Below are positions 5,759-10,456 of a DNA stretch of 10,456 bases, in pieces. Numbering within the stretch: position 1 is the first letter of the stretch; each line of letters opens with the position of its first letter. The stretch comes from Candidatus Heimdallarchaeota archaeon (GTDB lineage Archaea > Asgardarchaeota > Heimdallarchaeia > Hodarchaeales > Hodarchaeaceae): contig DXJL01000062.1 of NCBI GenBank assembly GCA_019057635.1, positions 1-10,456 of the forward strand, read 5' to 3'. Under the pieces are notes generated by a model. The model was not told the origin of the DNA and ran no database searches. It saw only the letters and a program-made list of their open reading frames with translations. Position numbers and translations under genes: made by a program.

Positions 5759-8215
5759 TCAATAAAAAGAGGGGGTGGTTTCTGGTTTGTATTTAAATTC
5801 GGGACGACCGTGGAAAACAACTGCAGTACACTTAATATTATTGACTAGCTTTTCTGAAGGTCGTTTACTTAGTCTAGGCTTTCCATAACCTAAAATAAGA
5901 AGGTCAAGATTATCTTTTTTAACAATGTTCCCTATGCTTCGCACGAAATTATGTCCAAGGACGTGACGTTGCTGAATGGGAATCCCCATCCTAAGGGCTT
6001 CTCCAATATTATGTAAAAAGATAGCTGTATTCTCCTGTACCCCCGGAGCTTCAGACATCACTTTTGGAGTAATTAGATCAGGGACATCCGTCCAGTGGTA
6101 GGCAACCAGATCTGACATCTTGGTAGAAGAAACTATAGAAATACCTATTTGTAAAAGGAAAGGATCACGTTTCGTTCCCGGAGTCAAGACTCCTACTTGA
6201 TTAAAAGTGAAATAATCCGTCTTTTTGCATTCCCTACAGGGAAATACCTCGAGACCAGGTATTGGCATTTTCCGAATAGAATCATGTGAAAGGCTTCGTT
6301 GCCAAAATTTCCGGTTCCGACGTGAGGGGAGAATAGCTAGTTGATAGTTACCTGTCGATGTAATATCACACAAGTGTTGAACAATATCTTGTGGTTTAGA
6401 ATGACCTTTTTCTGGACTAACGATCTTCAATTCATAAGGGATATGAAATTCGAGCAATTTATCAGTGTATTTATGAAATTTCTCCTCGGATTCATAACCA
6501 TAGTGATAAAGAGTAATTTTTTGTCCAAATTCATGTGCAAGGTGAACAGCTATTCGAAAGGCATCCCATTCATATTCTTTTCCTGCCAAAGGAACTAAAA
6601 TATTTTCACAGACTGTCGTAAAAAATGCTTCTGGAATATAATCAGCTCTCATTTTAGTATGCTTTCCTAATTTCGAAGATATTTTCATAGGGGTTCTACT
6701 GCGAGCAAAAATAAAATAAACAACCGAACCAAGAGATATCCATATCAGCGTGGTGACAAATGCATCTAGGTGTAAGAGAAGTGTGAATACAAAAATAGTA
6801 ATTAAAGCAATACCCCCTAGTAAAGGAATAAGGGGAAAAAGAGGAGTTTTATAACCATAGTCAAGCTTTTCCCGGGATTTTCTTACTTTTTTCCGAATTA
6901 TTACTGAAGCCAACAAAACCTGACCGAATAAAATCATAAACATGAAGCTTGCAGAAGCTGCTACCGTATCAATGGGGATAAGGACTGCCATGACAATAAT
7001 CAGTAAGCCTGTAACATTAATCGACGTGACTGGTGTATGACGTTGTGGTGAAACCGTTCCTAATTTTGATGGTAGTGAGCCATCTCGTCCTAATGCAAAG
7101 GCTACCCGAGTTGAGGAATAAATTGCAGCATTTAATGCAGAAAGGGTACTTAGCAGTCCTCCAAAGAGAATTACTATCAATCCCAATCCAGGGATCATAT
7201 GTTCCGCTGCATATAACAATCCGAGTTCTTCATGTTGACTTAAGAATTCATAAGTCTGCAAACCACCTGGAGGGGTAAACGCGCCTAATGAGACTAATCC
7301 AACAAGAAGATAAATTGGAATGACAATTAATACTGATAGGATCACTGATTTTGGGACACTCACTTTAGGATCATAAATTTCCTCCCCAGTTTGACATACA
7401 ACCTCATATCCTTCAAATGCAATGAAAGTAAAACCCATAGCCATGAAAATAGTGAAGAAACCTTTTGGAAAAAAGTTATCAATATTATTGAGTGCTTGAG
7501 TAGGATTTCCAGTCATTATTATGAGTCCAGTAAAAATAAAAAAGACTAAAATCAGAATTTTGGCCCCTGAAATCCAAACCTCGGCTTTACCCATAACGGA
7601 GGAACCGAGTTGATTAATCAGTAAGAAAAGGATAATGATGACTACTGCAATAGCTTTTTCGACAATAAAAATCGAATTTTCTGGAATTACAATCCCGAGA
7701 TTTGATAACAATGCCACAAAGTACGCTCCAAATCCAAGCGCATAGAGAGAGCCCGCCACTGCAGCAGCGAACCAACTCATCCATCCAGAGAAAAATCCTT
7801 GCGTTTCTCCAAGACCTGCACGAGCCCAAATATACCCTCCCCCTGCTTCTGGCATTGCTGATCCCAATTCTGCGTAAACCAACGCAATTAAGGTGGCAAT
7901 AACTCCATTAAATGCAAAAGCAACCAATAAGCCAGGCCCCGCAATTCCAGCAGCAATTCCTGTCAATACAAATATACCAGCTCCGATCATAGCTCCCACT
8001 CCAGTCATGGTAGCTTGAGTTACCGTCATATCTCTCGATAGATCAGCTCCAGTTAATACAGAATCTGCACCTTTCTCAGGAACTTTTTGAAGAATATAAC
8101 GTTTTCTACCGTAGAAGAGCACTTGGATTAGTGAGTAGCTTGCTAAGCCAACTACAATTACCATAGCAAGAGCTATCAAAAAAATCCCAAGTAGAACATC
8201 TGATGATACAGCCAT
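5759..8215 (-). CDS. APC-superfamily amino acid/polyamine permease with C-terminal tandem USP-like domains
   Basis: 818 aa. TM1 GVGAMIGAGIF, YAELGSAMPEAGGGY, TM6 FIAFEGYE, and SSTRVAFALGRDGSLP. The soluble tail of about 280 aa has NILVPL and LLILGYG...SEKLVNNIKCTAVVF, a USP-type beta/alpha pattern. Tandem TGA TGA stop. Confidence 0.9.
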   Translation of the reverse strand: MAVSSDVLLGIFLIALAMVIVVGLASYSLIQVLFYGRKRYILQKVPEKGADSVLTGADLSRDMTVTQATMTGVGAMIGAGIFVLTGIAAGIAGPGLLVAFAFNGVIATLIALVYAELGSAMPEAGGGYIWARAGLGETQGFFSGWMSWFAAAVAGSLYALGFGAYFVALLSNLGIVIPENSIFIVEKAIAVVIIILFLLINQLGSSVMGKAEVWISGAKILILVFFIFTGLIIMTGNPTQALNNIDNFFPKGFFTIFMAMGFTFIAFEGYEVVCQTGEEIYDPKVSVPKSVILSVLIVIPIYLLVGLVSLGAFTPPGGLQTYEFLSQHEELGLLYAAEHMIPGLGLIVILFGGLLSTLSALNAAIYSSTRVAFALGRDGSLPSKLGTVSPQRHTPVTSINVTGLLIIVMAVLIPIDTVAASASFMFMILFGQVLLASVIIRKKVRKSREKLDYGYKTPLFPLIPLLGGIALITIFVFTLLLHLDAFVTTLIWISLGSVVYFIFARSRTPMKISSKLGKHTKMRADYIPEAFFTTVCENILVPLAGKEYEWDAFRIAVHLAHEFGQKITLYHYGYESEEKFHKYTDKLLEFHIPYELKIVSPEKGHSKPQDIVQHLCDITSTGNYQLAILPSRRNRKFWQRSLSHDSIRKMPIPGLEVFPCRECKKTDYFTFNQVGVLTPGTKRDPFLLQIGISIVSSTKMSDLVAYHWTDVPDLITPKVMSEAPGVQENTAIFLHNIGEALRMGIPIQQRHVLGHNFVRSIGNIVKKDNLDLLILGYGKPRLSKRPSEKLVNNIKCTAVVFHGRPEFKYKPETTPSFY

Positions 8216-8317
8216 GGTGACAAGTCCTTACTAGAAACAGTAGAGGGAAGAAAGTAATTTGAGCAAACAAATTATTAGGTAATTATAATGTCAATCAAGA
8301 AATATTCAAATTTATAC

Positions 8318-8704
8318 CTAAAATCTGATAGAAGTAACTCCTCGTGTGGATCCTTTCTGGATACGAAAGCTGATATCGGGACGTAAAGCTCTTACTTCTC
8401 GATGTAATCCGCTTTTCTGCCAAATATAAGCTTCTATCGCTTGTCCATGCTTGTACCCATGAATCAATCGGACTTCCTCAACTCCACTTTCAAAAGATTC
8501 AATTATATCATCAACAATTCTTGTTTTTGCTTCATAAAGAGAGACACCATGATAATCAAATGATAAAAAAGGATGAACAGACTTATATTGCTCTCGTTTT
8601 GGATGAGTTTTACCTTTGGATAGGCCTCCAAGACAGTTCAGGCTGCAATATCCCATAAAAGCTTCTTCTGTGAGTTTATTGCCACAATTCTTGCAGAAAG
8701 TCAT
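8318..8704 (-). CDS. Small Zn-finger + Smr (small MutS-related) domain protein, 128 aa
   Basis: Start re-called at ATG 8704, because the 8872 start overlaps the divergent gene and adds non-protein-like sequence. N-terminal C4-x2-C7-x12-C20-S-x2-C24. Smr pattern: FDYHGVSLYEA...VRLIHGYKHG...RGVTSIRF. Confidence 0.75.
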   Translation of the reverse strand: MTFCKNCGNKLTEEAFMGYCSLNCLGGLSKGKTHPKREQYKSVHPFLSFDYHGVSLYEAKTRIVDDIIESFESGVEEVRLIHGYKHGQAIEAYIWQKSGLHREVRALRPDISFRIQKGSTRGVTSIRF

Positions 8705-8783
8705 TTTTTCCACAAAACAGATTAGAAAACGAAAAGATAATAATTTTGATTGAATTGAAGTTTTATCATAGGATGTATTCGAG
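8705..8783. promoter_or_regulatory. Candidate bidirectional promoter between the Smr and DUF3467-like genes
   Basis: 79-bp divergent gap with a central AAAAGATAATAATTTT (8732-8747). It reads as an A-run plus an AT box on both strands, about 30-40 nt from each ATG. Confidence 0.35.
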
Positions 8784-9116
8784 ATGGCCCAAGGATTACC
8801 CCGTAGGAACGTAAAATTTGATAATGTACCGAGTTTTGCTATATCAGGATTTTTTGGAGGAATAAATCCCAACGAAGGAAATATTAGCTTTTTTTCTGAT
8901 AAGCTCGTCCCCCAACTTGGAGCAAATGGTCAAATTGTGTTAGATACTGTCCAACATGATTTTGTTGCAAATATTAAGATGAGTCCATTAATTTTCAAAC
9001 GAATGGCAATATGGATGACACAGCATGTAAAAAAATATGAAGAAATGCATGGTGAAATCCAAGTTGGCCAAATGAAACAAAAGTCTGATCCTGATCAACC
9101 ATCATACTATGGTTAA
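8784..9116 (+). CDS. DUF3467-like hypothetical protein
   Basis: 110 aa with ATG start. The C-terminal VANIKMSPLIFKRMAIWMTQHVKKYEEMHGEI resembles the DUF3467 pattern (xMSPxxxKxx...YExxxGEI) and follows beta-rich segments. Family call is by eye. Confidence 0.65.
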   Translation: MAQGLPRRNVKFDNVPSFAISGFFGGINPNEGNISFFSDKLVPQLGANGQIVLDTVQHDFVANIKMSPLIFKRMAIWMTQHVKKYEEMHGEIQVGQMKQKSDPDQPSYYG

Positions 9117-9159
9117 GTCTCAGAAAAATGCCGTGAATGGACTGGTTCATTGATTATGC

Positions 9160-10428
9160 CTATGTATGGTTTTCAATAAGTGGTACTGGAACAGGTTCTT
9201 TGATTTCCTCTGCTCTGATTAGCGCATTCTTCAATAAAAGTGGTCCAACAATTTCTGTAATTAGAACACTTACTGCTACAATATCTATTAAAACGATAGC
9301 GATGTCGCTAGCCGCTTGCACATTTAATTCCAAGAGTCGAGTATATGCAAAAGCAGCTAGACCTAAAGCTACCCCAGCTTGACTTATTAAAGAGAATGGT
9401 AAATATCGTGTTACCTTTTGCGGCATATTCGAGAAGTAGGATGTAAAGAATGCTCCAGTAGATTTACCAATAGCCCGAGAAATGAAATAAAGTAAAATTA
9501 CCAATATTAAAGGTGTAAGGAGTAGATTCAGTTCCATTTCATATCCTACAAGAATGAAGAATAATGCAATTACAGGACTAGAAAGCCTTTCTACTCCTCG
9601 AATACAGGCTTTATTTTCACACTTGGCCAGTGTACTTAATGCAAAGCCAAATACAATACAGCTTAATATCACTGAGAAATGTAATAGTCCTGCAAGTGAA
9701 ATACATATCAAAACAGAAGGGAATACATATTCTGCGGACTCATATGCTTTGACACCTTCCATATGAAACGGTTTCATTGCGAATGCTAGGGCAATTCCAA
9801 GAATTATTGAACCGATTACCTCAACTATGATAGGTATGAATATCTCTAATAGTGATAGAGTGGAGGTGACGTAGGTAGATTCAGCATAACCTAATGCAAT
9901 ATTGAAGAAAATGATTGCTAGAATATCATCAAACGCGACAATAAACAATATCGTTTGACTGAGTGAACCATGAGCGTTATATTCTCTAATTACTTCAGAT
10001 GTCGCAGCAGGGGCCGTTGCCATCGCAATTGATCCTAGTAATAATGCCAAAATGAAATCCTGTATCAGAAAATTAACTAAGATAGCTACAACCAAGAAGG
10101 CTCCAAGAGCTTCACCAATTAATACGAATGGTAAACCCCAAGAAGCATCTCTTAATTTATATATATCAATATGAGATCCTATGCTATATCCAATGAACCC
10201 TAGTGCGCCTGTTGTTATTAAATATATTAATTCCGGTGTAGGTGGCGCAGGAAAATCTGTTACCATTGTAAATCCTCTTATCACAACTCCTCCTGTAATC
10301 AAACCTAAAACTTGAGGGATTCCGCGATTTCCTAGTCCTCTTGCAACGATAAGAGAGAAAATTATTACTACACCAATTTCTAAGACACCTATCAAAATCT
10401 CTACGTCATTCACGGCTTCTAGTATCAT
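9160..10428 (-). CDS. Cation:proton antiporter (Na+/H+ exchanger, CPA2/NapA-KefB-like), no C-terminal RCK domain
   Basis: 422 aa with about 12-13 hydrophobic segments. Motifs: ALGFIGYSIGSHI, IAMATAPAAT, IVAFDD, LFFILVG, SRAIGK, SQAGVALGLA and EIVGP. AAGGGGA RBS-like sequence at 10434-10440. Confidence 0.92.
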   Translation of the reverse strand: MILEAVNDVEILIGVLEIGVVIIFSLIVARGLGNRGIPQVLGLITGGVVIRGFTMVTDFPAPPTPELIYLITTGALGFIGYSIGSHIDIYKLRDASWGLPFVLIGEALGAFLVVAILVNFLIQDFILALLLGSIAMATAPAATSEVIREYNAHGSLSQTILFIVAFDDILAIIFFNIALGYAESTYVTSTLSLLEIFIPIIVEVIGSIILGIALAFAMKPFHMEGVKAYESAEYVFPSVLICISLAGLLHFSVILSCIVFGFALSTLAKCENKACIRGVERLSSPVIALFFILVGYEMELNLLLTPLILVILLYFISRAIGKSTGAFFTSYFSNMPQKVTRYLPFSLISQAGVALGLAAFAYTRLLELNVQAASDIAIVLIDIVAVSVLITEIVGPLLLKNALIRAEEIKEPVPVPLIENHT

Positions 10429-10456
10429 AATGATCCCCTTTGCATTTTATATTTGA

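Noticed and set aside
8282-8294. TTGACA directly followed by TTATAAT on the minus strand upstream of the permease
   Set aside because: The spacing is 1 nt rather than about 17, so it is not a sigma70 promoter. TTATAA alone may be a TATA box but support is weak.
8705-8872. 56-codon N-terminal extension of the Smr ORF in the ORF track
   Set aside because: It overlaps the DUF3467-like gene antisense and the intergenic region, and the sequence is not protein-like. ATG 8704 directly precedes the Zn finger.
6341-9766. ORFs 6341-6598, 7033-7278, 7614-7829, 7702-7902, 9137-9382 and 9554-9766
   Set aside because: They overlap the permease or antiporter genes and have no independent evidence.
1-10456. 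CRISPR arrays, tRNA/rRNA, IS elements, integrases, defence systems
   Set aside because: No regularly spaced direct repeats, cloverleaf or T-loop motifs, terminal inverted repeats, or transposase/recombinase motifs were seen by eye.

Overview
AT-rich, gene-dense prokaryotic window, probably archaeal. An Asgard/Heimdallarchaeia-like origin is an unverified impression from the protein styles, TATA-like boxes and T-tract terminators. There are nine supportable CDSs. On the + strand: the 3' part of a thiolase, a tandem pair of fold-type II PLP enzymes (an unusually long CysK-like protein and a Zn-ribbon threonine-synthase-like protein), a VIT1/CCC1 membrane protein, and later a DUF3467-like protein. 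On the - strand: a Mer-like LLM oxidoreductase, an APC transporter with an extra N-terminal helix and a tandem USP-like tail, a small Zn-finger + Smr-domain protein divergent from the DUF3467-like gene, and a CPA2-type cation:proton antiporter. No rRNA, tRNA, CRISPR array or mobile element was seen. The best leads are (i) the standalone Zn-finger-Smr protein, a candidate ribosome-rescue or RNA nuclease, (ii) the PLP pair/LLM/permease neighbourhood as a possible uncharacterised catabolic module, and (iii) a switch- or pseudoknot-like sequence upstream of the PLP operon.
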